DNA of 64,000 nt, from contig OZ241877.1 in NCBI GenBank assembly GCA_965203095.1, positions 1 to 64,000 of the forward strand, given 5' to 3'. Positions 48,790 through 57,474 of this stretch are shown here, piece by piece (the stretch's first letter is position 1; each line of letters opens with the position of its first letter). Below the pieces are notes generated by a model, which did not search any database, was not told the DNA's origin, and worked only from the letters and a program-made list of their open reading frames with translations. The DNA is from Bdellovibrionales bacterium (lineage in GTDB: Bacteria; Bdellovibrionota; Bdellovibrionia; Bdellovibrionales; UBA1609). The translations under genes were made by a program, and so were the position numbers.

Positions 48790-49134
48790 CTATTCTTTAG
48801 TTTTTATGCAGTCTTTGAGAAAATACTCTATGTCCTCAGCCCTGATGGCAAGGGCCATCTCATTGGCTTGAAGACGAATTTCTGCCTCTTCTATCTCTTC
48901 AGCTATTTGAATAATTTGTGCCTGATCTTTTGGCAGATTTTTTAAAAGCTCAGTGACTGTCTTCAAGGAGGCCCTTAAAGCCTGTTGGCTGAGCTGAATA
49001 TCTTGATAGTATCGGCTAAAGTGAGAGGGGATGTCTTGACAGGCTATCTCGGACTCCATATCAAAAAGATCTTCGCCCATAGCGGGAAGGCTTACAAACA
49101 AAGAAAAGATAATAAAGATTTTTTTTACAAACAT
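48790..49134 (-). CDS. Small secreted helical hypothetical protein
   Basis: Signal peptide MFVKKIFIIFSLFVSLPAMG; RBS aaggag. Confidence 0.6.
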   Translation of the reverse strand: MFVKKIFIIFSLFVSLPAMGEDLFDMESEIACQDIPSHFSRYYQDIQLSQQALRASLKTVTELLKNLPKDQAQIIQIAEEIEEAEIRLQANEMALAIRAEDIEYFLKDCIKTKE

Positions 49135-49298
49135 TAGAAACTCCTTTAATGGCAATGGCCTTGTCAGGAAGGGTTTTTGATTTTCAAGCTCAAGCTTTCT
49201 TCCCCAATGGCTATTATGTTTATACAGGATTTTTATGGAAAAATCAAGTATAGAGAGGGAAAGTGAAAATTTTTCACTTTTTCACAAAGGACTATTTA

Positions 49299-49486
49299 GT
49301 TGTCCGTGAAAAAGCCTCAGTAAGTCCTTCTCATCCCCTGCTTTTACAGGCTCAGGCTTTTCAATGACTTTTGCCTAAAGGCCGTCCGGTGATGGTCCAA
49401 GGTATTGCCGTCCCGAAATGGGACGGACCTTTAGGCAAAGAAACTGAAGAATCCCCTGTGAATTATAGAGGTTTTTCACGAGCGAC
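49299..49486 (-). mobile_element. MITE-like core-hairpin element (188 bp)
   Basis: TIRs gttgtccgtgaaaaa / tttttcacgagcgac; exact 6-bp flanking duplication tattta; core 49391-49417. Confidence 0.93.
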
Positions 49487-49594
49487 TATTTAGAATGAGG
49501 AAAATTTGTGGAAAAGAAGAGTCCCACAAAAATAAAAGAGCTTGACATTCCCAATACTTCAAAGAATCTTTAAAATCCCAAAAAAGGAGGGGCT

Positions 49595-51034
49595 TTGTCT
49601 CAAAAAATCACTGTGGCTTATGGCGATGGCATTGGGCCTGAAATTATGGCTGTGGTTTTAAATATTCTCCACCGGGCCGGGGCGGATTTAAAAATAGATC
49701 AGGTGGAATTAGGAGAAAAGATCTACAAACAAGGCTATATGTCCGGCATCCGTCCAGAGGATTGGGCCCTTATTCGGAAAAACAAAGTTTTCCTTAAAGC
49801 CCCCGTCACCACCCCACAGGGGGGTGGTTTTAAAAGCCTTAATGTCAAGGTGAGAAAAAGCCTGGGGCTTTTTGCCAATGTTCGCCCCATTCGCTCCCTT
49901 TCCCCTTATGTGGGAACAAAATTTCCCGATATGGATGTGGTGATCATTCGTGAAAATGAAGAGGATCTTTACGCAGGTATTGAGCACAGGCAGACCCAGG
50001 AGGTTTTTCAATGTTTAAAGCTGATAAGCCTTTCCGGTTCTGAAAGAGTGGCTCGCTATGCTTTTGAGTATGCCCGGCAAAATGGCCGGAAAAAAATAAC
50101 TTGTATGACCAAAGACAACATTATGAAACTCACTGACGGCTCTTTTCGAAAAGTTTTTGAAAAAGTGGCCAAAGAATATCCGGACATATTGAGCGAACAT
50201 TGGATTATAGATATTGGTTCGGCCAAATTTGCCGTTCAACCAGAAGATTTTGATGTGATTCTTCTGCCCAATCTTTATGGGGATATTTTGAGCGATGTCT
50301 CTGCTCAACTGGCAGGCTCTGTAGGTATGGGCGGGTCCAGTAATATTGGAGAAAGCCATGCTATGTTTGAGGCCATCCATGGTTCTGCTCCCCGGAGGGC
50401 GGGCCAAAACATAGCTAACCCCAGCGGGCTGTTAAATGCCTCTTTGATCCTGCTCTGTCATATTGGCAAAAAAGATATTGCAGAAAAGATACATAAAGCA
50501 TGGCTTAGGACTCTTGAGGAGGGGATCCACACTTATGATATTTATAACTCTCAAAACAGCCGTCAAAAGGTGAGCACAAGCGACTTTGGGAAGGCCCTAA
50601 TGGAAAATTTAGGGGCTGAGCCTAAAAATCTTTCTTCAAATTTTAAAAAAGGGGCGGGAGGGCCTATCTCCATCTCCCCTATCCCCTCACCTCCTATAGA
50701 GGAAAAGCATTTGGACGGGGTGGATGTTTTTGTTTGTGAGTCGAGCAGGGATCCTGAGGCTTTAGCCCTCCGGTTAAAAAAAGCCAATTCTCATTCGGAT
50801 ATGGATCTGGCACAAATCACTAATAGAGGGATTAAGGTTTATCCCAATCCTTTTCCTGAAACTTTTTGTGTGGATCACTGGCGTTGCCGTTTTTTAAAAA
50901 ACCCATCCACTGCTTTAAAAACAAAACATATTCTCTCTTTGTTGAGGGATTTGGATCTGGCTCAAATAGAAGTTATCAAAACAGAAAATCTTTATTCTTT
51001 TTCCGGAAAAGCTCAATACTCTCAAATTGAATAA
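49595..51034 (+). CDS. icd: Isocitrate dehydrogenase (long form with C-terminal extension)
   Basis: GDGIGPEI, LKAPVTTPQGGG, RENEEDLY, NLYGDILSD, FEAIHGSAP, ITNRG, DHWRCRF. Confidence 0.93.
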   Translation: MSQKITVAYGDGIGPEIMAVVLNILHRAGADLKIDQVELGEKIYKQGYMSGIRPEDWALIRKNKVFLKAPVTTPQGGGFKSLNVKVRKSLGLFANVRPIRSLSPYVGTKFPDMDVVIIRENEEDLYAGIEHRQTQEVFQCLKLISLSGSERVARYAFEYARQNGRKKITCMTKDNIMKLTDGSFRKVFEKVAKEYPDILSEHWIIDIGSAKFAVQPEDFDVILLPNLYGDILSDVSAQLAGSVGMGGSSNIGESHAMFEAIHGSAPRRAGQNIANPSGLLNASLILLCHIGKKDIAEKIHKAWLRTLEEGIHTYDIYNSQNSRQKVSTSDFGKALMENLGAEPKNLSSNFKKGAGGPISISPIPSPPIEEKHLDGVDVFVCESSRDPEALALRLKKANSHSDMDLAQITNRGIKVYPNPFPETFCVDHWRCRFLKNPSTALKTKHILSLLRDLDLAQIEVIKTENLYSFSGKAQYSQIE

Positions 51035-51036
51035 TT

Positions 51037-51219
51037 TTATGAGGATTGGTTTTTATCTTTAAAAAACAGGCCCTTGTGATTTCTCCAATTTTTTTCCGGA
51101 CTTTTTTTATAAAGCTCTTGCCACTTTTTAAAAAATTGAGATCTGGAGTGCTCTATCTCCCCCTCTTTATTAAAAATGGGGTATTTTTTACCAAAAAGAA
51201 ATTCCATAATTTTTTTCAT
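51037..51219 (-). CDS. Small hypothetical protein
   Basis: 60-aa ORF filling the gap, co-oriented with the upstream lipoprotein. Confidence 0.4.
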   Translation of the reverse strand: MKKIMEFLFGKKYPIFNKEGEIEHSRSQFFKKWQELYKKSPEKNWRNHKGLFFKDKNQSS

Positions 51220-51247
51220 ACTGCTGGTTTTTTACCTAAAACTATTT

Positions 51248-51799
51248 TTAAGTATAGCCTGTGCGAAACTCATGCCGGGCCTTTTCCTCCAGTTCTCTTT
51301 TAATATTGATTAAATCAGCTTTTAGATCTTTTTCAACATGCAAGGATATAGCCAAAAAAATTTTGGCCAGCCGATGGAGATGCTCATTACCCGCGTCCAT
51401 TAGATTGCTTGCTGTAGATTCTTTTTTTAAATCATTTAAGGCAGTCAAAATTTTTGAGCGGTCGCAGTTTGTAGGGTATGAGGACAAAAAAGCTTGTGAA
51501 AAGCCCTCCACAGCCTTTGTCAAATCGTCAAAAATGGGGGCATTAGGGCCTATTCTATCTTGCAGGAACTGGCTTAGGGCTGTTTGAACTGGGCCTATCG
51601 GAGGCAAATCTTTGGCTTGGCAAGGATTTTGCAGGGCCCCCTGCTTGGTGTAATTTGCAGAGGATTTGCCTTTATCCTGCCCCTTTGTGGCTGGACTCTT
51701 TTCCGTAGGAGTGATTTTTAAGGTTTTGCCTTTGTCCTTCTTTTCCGGAGAGCAGGCCACTGTCCCCAAAATAAAAGCCAATAAATAAAGCCACTTCAT
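51248..51799 (-). CDS. Hypothetical lipoprotein
   Basis: Lipobox TVAC; TTGACA-N18-TAGAGT 7 nt upstream. Confidence 0.7.
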   Translation of the reverse strand: MKWLYLLAFILGTVACSPEKKDKGKTLKITPTEKSPATKGQDKGKSSANYTKQGALQNPCQAKDLPPIGPVQTALSQFLQDRIGPNAPIFDDLTKAVEGFSQAFLSSYPTNCDRSKILTALNDLKKESTASNLMDAGNEHLHRLAKIFLAISLHVEKDLKADLINIKRELEEKARHEFRTGYT

Positions 51800-51855
51800 A
51801 AGGAAAACTCTATCTCACTTACAAGAGTTTTGTCAAACAGATCTTATGCTATATA

Positions 51856-51910
51856 ATCGCCTGTGAAAAGCCTCTGCGATCTATCAAATATAGACTTTTT
51901 CACGGATGAT
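51856..51910. mobile_element. 55-bp coreless derivative of the MITE family
   Basis: Ends atcgcctgtgaaaa / tttttcacggatgat with exact tatata duplication on both sides. Confidence 0.8.
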
Positions 51911-51992
51911 TATATAGTTTGAGGACTTTTAGCTCAACTGGGCCGGTGCCAGCCGAAAAACTTTGTGAGCAAAACAGGCCAAAAAAGATTTT

Positions 51993-52694
51993 TTATCGTT
52001 TCCGACCCTTTGGTTCGCTAAACCTATCCAAATCAATGGTTGTGCAAACTTGACGGGCCCTTTTGTCAACACATCGGGTAAAAGCTCTAAAAGTATCTTT
52101 TACGACAAACCTACTGGCCACTCTGCCAATCCTTTCCCATGCATCATACTTCCCTTCCGCCTTTTTGTTCTCCCTCCGTTCATCTATCTCTTCAATACCA
52201 TAATCTTCATAGTCTGCAATATCATCAGCCATAGAGTAAAACTCTTCAGTTAAAGAAAACTTTTCTTCTTCAATACTTTCTAAAGAGGTTTCAATCTCCG
52301 CCACCTTATCTTCATCTCCCTTATTTTTATAATACTTCAATGCCCTTTTGTATTTTTGCTCTGTCTCACAAAGTGGCCTTAAATTGCTATCAATGCTCTC
52401 AATAAGGCAGTTAAGAGCCATGTTTCGAGGATCATAATCTCCAAGTCCAACTCTTACTCTGCAAGTGTGTTTCTTATAACTCGCACATTCAACAAGACTT
52501 CCTCCTAAAGCAGCCAGAAAGTCTTTTTTATCTTCTGAAATATCAATCTCTGTGAGGTCTGGTAAATCTTCAAACTCATCTATTCCTGTTCCAGTATCTT
52601 TGGGTGGTTCTCTTTCCCGATCCTTAGCGGGTCTTAACCCCCCACATGAAGTGAGACAAAAAAAGAAAAGAAGAAACAAAGCTTTATTTTTCAT
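51993..52694 (-). CDS. Hypothetical lipoprotein
   Basis: MKNKALF..LTSC lipobox; RBS aaggag. Confidence 0.7.
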   Translation of the reverse strand: MKNKALFLLFFFCLTSCGGLRPAKDREREPPKDTGTGIDEFEDLPDLTEIDISEDKKDFLAALGGSLVECASYKKHTCRVRVGLGDYDPRNMALNCLIESIDSNLRPLCETEQKYKRALKYYKNKGDEDKVAEIETSLESIEEEKFSLTEEFYSMADDIADYEDYGIEEIDERRENKKAEGKYDAWERIGRVASRFVVKDTFRAFTRCVDKRARQVCTTIDLDRFSEPKGRKR

Positions 52695-52861
52695 TAGTTC
52701 CACTCCTTAAAGGCCACTGGGGCTTATTTTTTCAAAAATTGTGAGCCTATCAGCCCTCTCACAAAAACTCTATCGGTTTATTGTCCTATAAAATAAATAG
52801 AATTTTGAATCAGTTGATTAAAACAGGCATAAAGGCTGGCTTTAGGCAAAAAAACTAAAGC

Positions 52862-53290
52862 TTAATTCCCTTTTTTATTGATGATTTTAATGAGATGGAG
52901 TTGGTTCATCCCCTCTTTTCTCTCATAAGAAAGGCTATCCACACATTTTTTAGCAATTCTTATGCCCAGGCCCCCCAGTGGGCGATCTGCTATGCCAGCA
53001 TTTAAATTTTTTGGCTGGTATCCCAAAGGGTTAAAGGCGGGGCCAGCAGATGTTAAAAGGCAGTGGATTTTATCTCCCTTTATATTACAATCCACTTGAA
53101 TGCTTTTTGTCCCCCTTCTAAGGTTTTTCCCGGGACGACTGTATTTTATAATGTTGGTCACCAACTCTCCTAAAGCCAAATCCATTTCAGAGATGATTTT
53201 TTTGGGAATCTGTCTCTCCCGGCCCATTTCTTCTAAAAAAAAACTCAACTGCTCTAAAGCCCCTATTTGAAGTGGCAGTTGGATTTGCAT
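52862..53290 (-). CDS. RsbW-like anti-sigma factor / HATPase_c_2 kinase
   Basis: LALGELVTNIIKYS, GPAFNPL, RPLGGLGI, YER..GMN. Confidence 0.88.
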   Translation of the reverse strand: MQIQLPLQIGALEQLSFFLEEMGRERQIPKKIISEMDLALGELVTNIIKYSRPGKNLRRGTKSIQVDCNIKGDKIHCLLTSAGPAFNPLGYQPKNLNAGIADRPLGGLGIRIAKKCVDSLSYERKEGMNQLHLIKIINKKGN

Positions 53291-53457
53291 AACCCCCCCC
53301 TTCCCAACGGAAAAAATAGATCGTCCCCTCTGAAAAACTTGCCTAAAAGCCCGCATGTGTCAAGCCTTAAAAAAATCTTTAACAGGTTTTGCGAAATGGC
53401 TCAAAAATGATTCTGTCAAAAAAATCATGAACAGGACAGGAATAACTGTTTATGTGC

Positions 53458-53540
53458 TTTTGCCCAAAGCCACAGCATGAGGGTCCAAGGTATTGCCGTC
53501 CCGAAATGCTGTGGCCTTTGAGCAAAGAAACTAAAGAACA
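53458..53540 (-). mobile_element. Core-hairpin element between the RsbW-like and STAS genes
   Basis: Core 53479-53505 inside stem tttgcccaaagccacagcat / atgctgtggcctttgagcaaa. Confidence 0.88.
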
Positions 53541-53587
53541 ATTTTTTGCACTTGACAAAAACAATTTTTTTGAATGAAGTATAAATT

Positions 53588-53968
53588 ATGACTGAGGATT
53601 TAAAGCATTTCATGTCCCATAGCCAGGATCCCGAGGGCTATTTAATTGTTCAAATCAAAGATCGCTTTGATGAGAAAAACTATTCTCCCATTCAAGAAGA
53701 GATCGAGAATTTAATAAAAAATTCAAGCTCTCATCTCATTTTAGACCTCAACAATGTAAAAAGCATCCGGAGTGCGGGCTTGCGGGTGATTTTATCCCTG
53801 GCCAAGCTTTTCCAAAACACAAACAAAAATTTTGTCCTACTGTATTCTGAAAATGAGGAAAACAACCAAGTGGCACAAATACTGGAAGTCAGTGGCTTTA
53901 CAAAAATCATCCCTATCTTTTCCTCAAAAGAATCTGCTGTAAAGTATTGTAAAAAACCTACAGGATAA
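53588..53968 (+). CDS. STAS anti-anti-sigma factor
   Basis: LILDLNNVKSIRSAGLRVIL, ILEVSGF. Confidence 0.88.
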   Translation: MTEDLKHFMSHSQDPEGYLIVQIKDRFDEKNYSPIQEEIENLIKNSSSHLILDLNNVKSIRSAGLRVILSLAKLFQNTNKNFVLLYSENEENNQVAQILEVSGFTKIIPIFSSKESAVKYCKKPTG

Positions 53969-53978
53969 GGAGCGAGCT

Positions 53979-55031
53979 TTGGGCTTTTGTGAGTATATTT
54001 GGATAGACGGGGCCCAACCCACTCAAAAACTTCGCTCAAAGGCTCGATTCTTACATTTTAACAAAAATATGGAAAAAATTTCTTTAGAGGATTTCCCTCT
54101 ATGGGGTTTTGACGGTTCCTCCACATATCAGGCCAAGGGCCATAACTCCGATCTGATTTTAAAGCCAGTGAATTTTGTCCGGGACCCTTTGCGAGCGGGG
54201 GAAGGGCAGTTTTTAATCATCTGTGAGGTTTTAACCCCCTCTAACAAGCCCCATCCCACCAATACCAGAGCACGGTTGAGGCAGGTCCTCTCCCGCGGGG
54301 CAGATCGGGAAAAGCCCCTTTTTGGAGTGGAGCAGGAATACACCCTATTTAAAAACCGAACCCCTTTGGGCTGGCCGGACAAAGGCTACCCCGCCCCCCA
54401 AGGCCCTTTTTACTGCGGGGTAGGGGCGGATGAAGTTTTTGGAAGGGAGCTTGTGGAAAGGCATAGCCAGGCCTGTGTTCAAGCCAATATTATGATTTTT
54501 GGGATCAATGCGGAGGTCATGCCGGGCCAATGGGAATTCCAGATCGGTTATAGAGGGATTGAGGGGGAAAGTGCGGACCCTTTAAATGTAGGGGATCATA
54601 CATGGATAGCTCGCTGGCTTCTCTACCGGCTGGGGGAGGATTTGGGCATTACCGCCACCTTGGACCCTAAACCTGTCCGGGGGGACTGGAACGGTGCGGG
54701 CCAACACACTAACTTTTCTACAAAATCCCTTCGAAATCCTAAAACAGGGGCGGAAAGCATCAAAAAATATTTAGAAAGGCTTTCCAAAAAACACAAAGAG
54801 CATATTGCCGTCTATGGCCACAGGCTTTCAGAGCGACTGACAGGGCGACATGAGACCTGCCATATTGATGAGTTTCGCCATGGCGTGGCCGACCGAGGGG
54901 CCTCTATCCGAATCCCACTTCATGTCTCCAACAAAGGTTATGGCTATTTAGAAGACAGAAGGCCAGGGGCCAACGCCGATCCTTATGAAGTGGCGGAGAG
55001 GATCTTAAAAACCATCTGCGAAATTGAGTAA
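53979..55031 (+). CDS. Glutamine synthetase type II
   Basis: EYIWIDG, LRSK, WGFDGSST, PQGPFYCGVG, NAEVMPGQWEFQ, GDWNGAG, RLTGRHET, EDRRP; 350 aa. Confidence 0.95.
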   Translation: MGFCEYIWIDGAQPTQKLRSKARFLHFNKNMEKISLEDFPLWGFDGSSTYQAKGHNSDLILKPVNFVRDPLRAGEGQFLIICEVLTPSNKPHPTNTRARLRQVLSRGADREKPLFGVEQEYTLFKNRTPLGWPDKGYPAPQGPFYCGVGADEVFGRELVERHSQACVQANIMIFGINAEVMPGQWEFQIGYRGIEGESADPLNVGDHTWIARWLLYRLGEDLGITATLDPKPVRGDWNGAGQHTNFSTKSLRNPKTGAESIKKYLERLSKKHKEHIAVYGHRLSERLTGRHETCHIDEFRHGVADRGASIRIPLHVSNKGYGYLEDRRPGANADPYEVAERILKTICEIE

Positions 55032-55034
55032 AAC

Positions 55035-56471
55035 ATGAAAAACCCGGCCCAACTCTTCCAATCCTATAAAATAAAACCTCAGTTTTACGATGAGTTTTTT
55101 TCTTCTGAAAATAAAGCCCGCCCCTTAGCTCAAAACTTTATTCAAGAGTTTAATAACTTGCCTTTGCAGGACATTGAAAGGGCCCATTCATCCATCTCTC
55201 AGTTTTTTCAAACAGAGCTTTCCGCCTTTAATGTCCCAAAGGAAAGGGCCCTCTCTATGGACATCATCCCCTCCCTCCTCAATCAAAAAGATTGGGATCA
55301 TATAAAAAAAGGACTGAGTCAAAGGCTAAAGGCTCTAAACCTCTTTCTCAAAGACATTTATACTAAAGAACAAATTTTAAAAGAGGGCCTTGTGCCCAAA
55401 GATTTGGTTTATGAATCTCCACATTTTTTAAAAGAGATGAAGGGGGTCAAAATCCCCTTTGATATTTATATTCAAATATTGGGATCAAATATTGTTCGAA
55501 CTTCTGAAGGTTTTTTTGTGGGAGTGAGCCAGCCCAGCCCCCAAGGGAGTTTTTATTTAATACTGAGCCGGCGGGTGATGAAGCAAAAGTTCCCTCGCCT
55601 TTTCAGGAAGTGCAATGTTAAAAAAACCGATGGCTTAATTCCCTTTTTAAAATCCTTAAAATCACTTTCTGAAGAAGAAAAACCTTTTTCCGCCATTTTA
55701 AGCCCTGGCCCTTCCCACCCCCATTATTTTGAAATGAGTTGCCTCAGTAGACAAATGGGAATAGAGATGATCCAAAGTGCCGATCTAACCATCCACGAGG
55801 GAGGGCTTTATGTTAAAACCATTAAAAAGCTTAAAAAAATACATGTTGTATTTTGTCCCTTTGATATTTTTTACCCCCCTTTGGCCTTTCCGGATCATTT
55901 TGCCAAAGATATTCTTCAGCTTTTTTCCACTAACTATCCTGCAAGTATCACCCCAGTTCCTGGGGCCGGTGTGGCCTGTGACCGATCTATTTATAGCTAT
56001 ATCCCTAAAATCATACAGTATTATTTAAAAGAAGAAAGCCTTTTACCCAATATTCCCACTCAGCTTTGTCGCGAAAAAAAACATTTAGAACAAATTTTAC
56101 AAGATCTGCCAAAGTTAATTGTCAAACGCCTTACTGAATCAGAGAACTTTTTTATTGGGCCGAAATCCTCTAAAAAAGAGAGAGAGATTTTTAAGGAACA
56201 ACTTAAAGCCCATCCAAAAGATTTTATAGCCCAAACCCTTTTGCCTATTTCCACATCCCCTTGTTTTATTGATGGGGAAATAAAACCCCGGCATATATCT
56301 TTAAGAATGTTCACTTGGCTCAACCGTTTTTTTGAGGTGGGCACTGTTCCGGGGGGCTTTTGCCAAGCCTTTTCTGAGGAAGAAGATCTATTCTACCCCA
56401 CTCATTCTGCAGTGGCTTTAAAAGATCTGTGGCTTTTAAAAGAGGAGGATTATGCTTTCCCGCGTAGCTAA
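55035..56471 (+). CDS. Circularly permuted type 2 ATP-grasp homolog, catalytically degenerate
   Basis: FYDEF, GLSQRLKALNLFLKDIY, SPGP..YFE, GAGVACDRS, FIAQ..ISTSP, PRHISLR; lacks the EDN and GSGG motifs. Confidence 0.85.
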   Translation: MKNPAQLFQSYKIKPQFYDEFFSSENKARPLAQNFIQEFNNLPLQDIERAHSSISQFFQTELSAFNVPKERALSMDIIPSLLNQKDWDHIKKGLSQRLKALNLFLKDIYTKEQILKEGLVPKDLVYESPHFLKEMKGVKIPFDIYIQILGSNIVRTSEGFFVGVSQPSPQGSFYLILSRRVMKQKFPRLFRKCNVKKTDGLIPFLKSLKSLSEEEKPFSAILSPGPSHPHYFEMSCLSRQMGIEMIQSADLTIHEGGLYVKTIKKLKKIHVVFCPFDIFYPPLAFPDHFAKDILQLFSTNYPASITPVPGAGVACDRSIYSYIPKIIQYYLKEESLLPNIPTQLCREKKHLEQILQDLPKLIVKRLTESENFFIGPKSSKKEREIFKEQLKAHPKDFIAQTLLPISTSPCFIDGEIKPRHISLRMFTWLNRFFEVGTVPGGFCQAFSEEEDLFYPTHSAVALKDLWLLKEEDYAFPRS

Positions 56472-57456
56472 TAATTTTTACTGGATGGGGCGATATATAG
56501 AAAGGGCCTCTACCATAGCTCGGCTTTTGTTGGTTCAAATCAGTGAAATGCCGGAAGACTCTTCTGATTTTGTCTCCGCCAGCTGGAAAGGGATTTTTGA
56601 TAGCTTTAAATTATCGGATTTAAAGAAAAGTTTTTTGCCGGAACCAAAAGGTGAAAAATCAGTTTCAGATGATTTTTTGTTGGCAGACGCTTACACCCTG
56701 ACAGACTATTTTACTTTTGAAACTCATCACCCAGTATCCATCTATAGTTGCTTTAAATGGGCCAGGGAAAATGCCATTCAAAATCAAGATATAGCCAGAT
56801 CTATTGGCCTCTCCATTCATAAAACCTATTTGAAATTGGAAAAAACAAGCTTAAAAGAGCTTTGGCCGGACAAAATGGCGGATTTTTATAAAAACATTTT
56901 AGAGTTTAGCTGGCTCTTCCATGGCCTCATAAAAGATCGGCTCTACCAAGGCTTAGCCTTCCACTTCATCCACTTGGGCATTTACTTAGAGAGATTGCAA
57001 AATCAAGCCTCTATTTTTGAAAATCATATTCGCCTAATGATACAGCATAAAGAAGAAGAAGAGGATGTCATCAGCCTTCTCTTAAGGCTCTCTGCTTTAG
57101 AAAGCTATCGCCAGATTCACTCTTTAGATCTCACACTCCCTAAAGTGGCTGATTTTTTAATTTATGCCCAATTCCCGCACTCCTTAAAGTTTGCTGAAGA
57201 GCAAATAAGAAAATCCCTTTCCTCCATTGAGGGAATAGAAGATCCCAATGCCCTACCCTTTCCCTCCTTAAACAAAATAGAGAGCCAGCTGAGAGCCTCT
57301 TATGTGGGACAAGCCTTGCCTAAATTTTTAAATTCTTTTTATAAAAATGCAATAGCTGTAGGAGAGTCCATTAGCAAAATTTATTTTCATCAAGAAAAGA
57401 TAGGGGAAGGGCCACAAGAACAGTTCCCTCATCTTTTTTCGAAAAAAAAGAAATAA
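56452..57456 (+). CDS. Alpha-E domain protein (DUF403)
   Basis: MLSRVA..YWMGRYIERA, ARENA, LGIYLER, FPHSL. Confidence 0.9.
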   Translation: MLSRVANNFYWMGRYIERASTIARLLLVQISEMPEDSSDFVSASWKGIFDSFKLSDLKKSFLPEPKGEKSVSDDFLLADAYTLTDYFTFETHHPVSIYSCFKWARENAIQNQDIARSIGLSIHKTYLKLEKTSLKELWPDKMADFYKNILEFSWLFHGLIKDRLYQGLAFHFIHLGIYLERLQNQASIFENHIRLMIQHKEEEEDVISLLLRLSALESYRQIHSLDLTLPKVADFLIYAQFPHSLKFAEEQIRKSLSSIEGIEDPNALPFPSLNKIESQLRASYVGQALPKFLNSFYKNAIAVGESISKIYFHQEKIGEGPQEQFPHLFSKKKK

Positions 57457-57474
57457 TGCCCCATTAAAAAAGCT

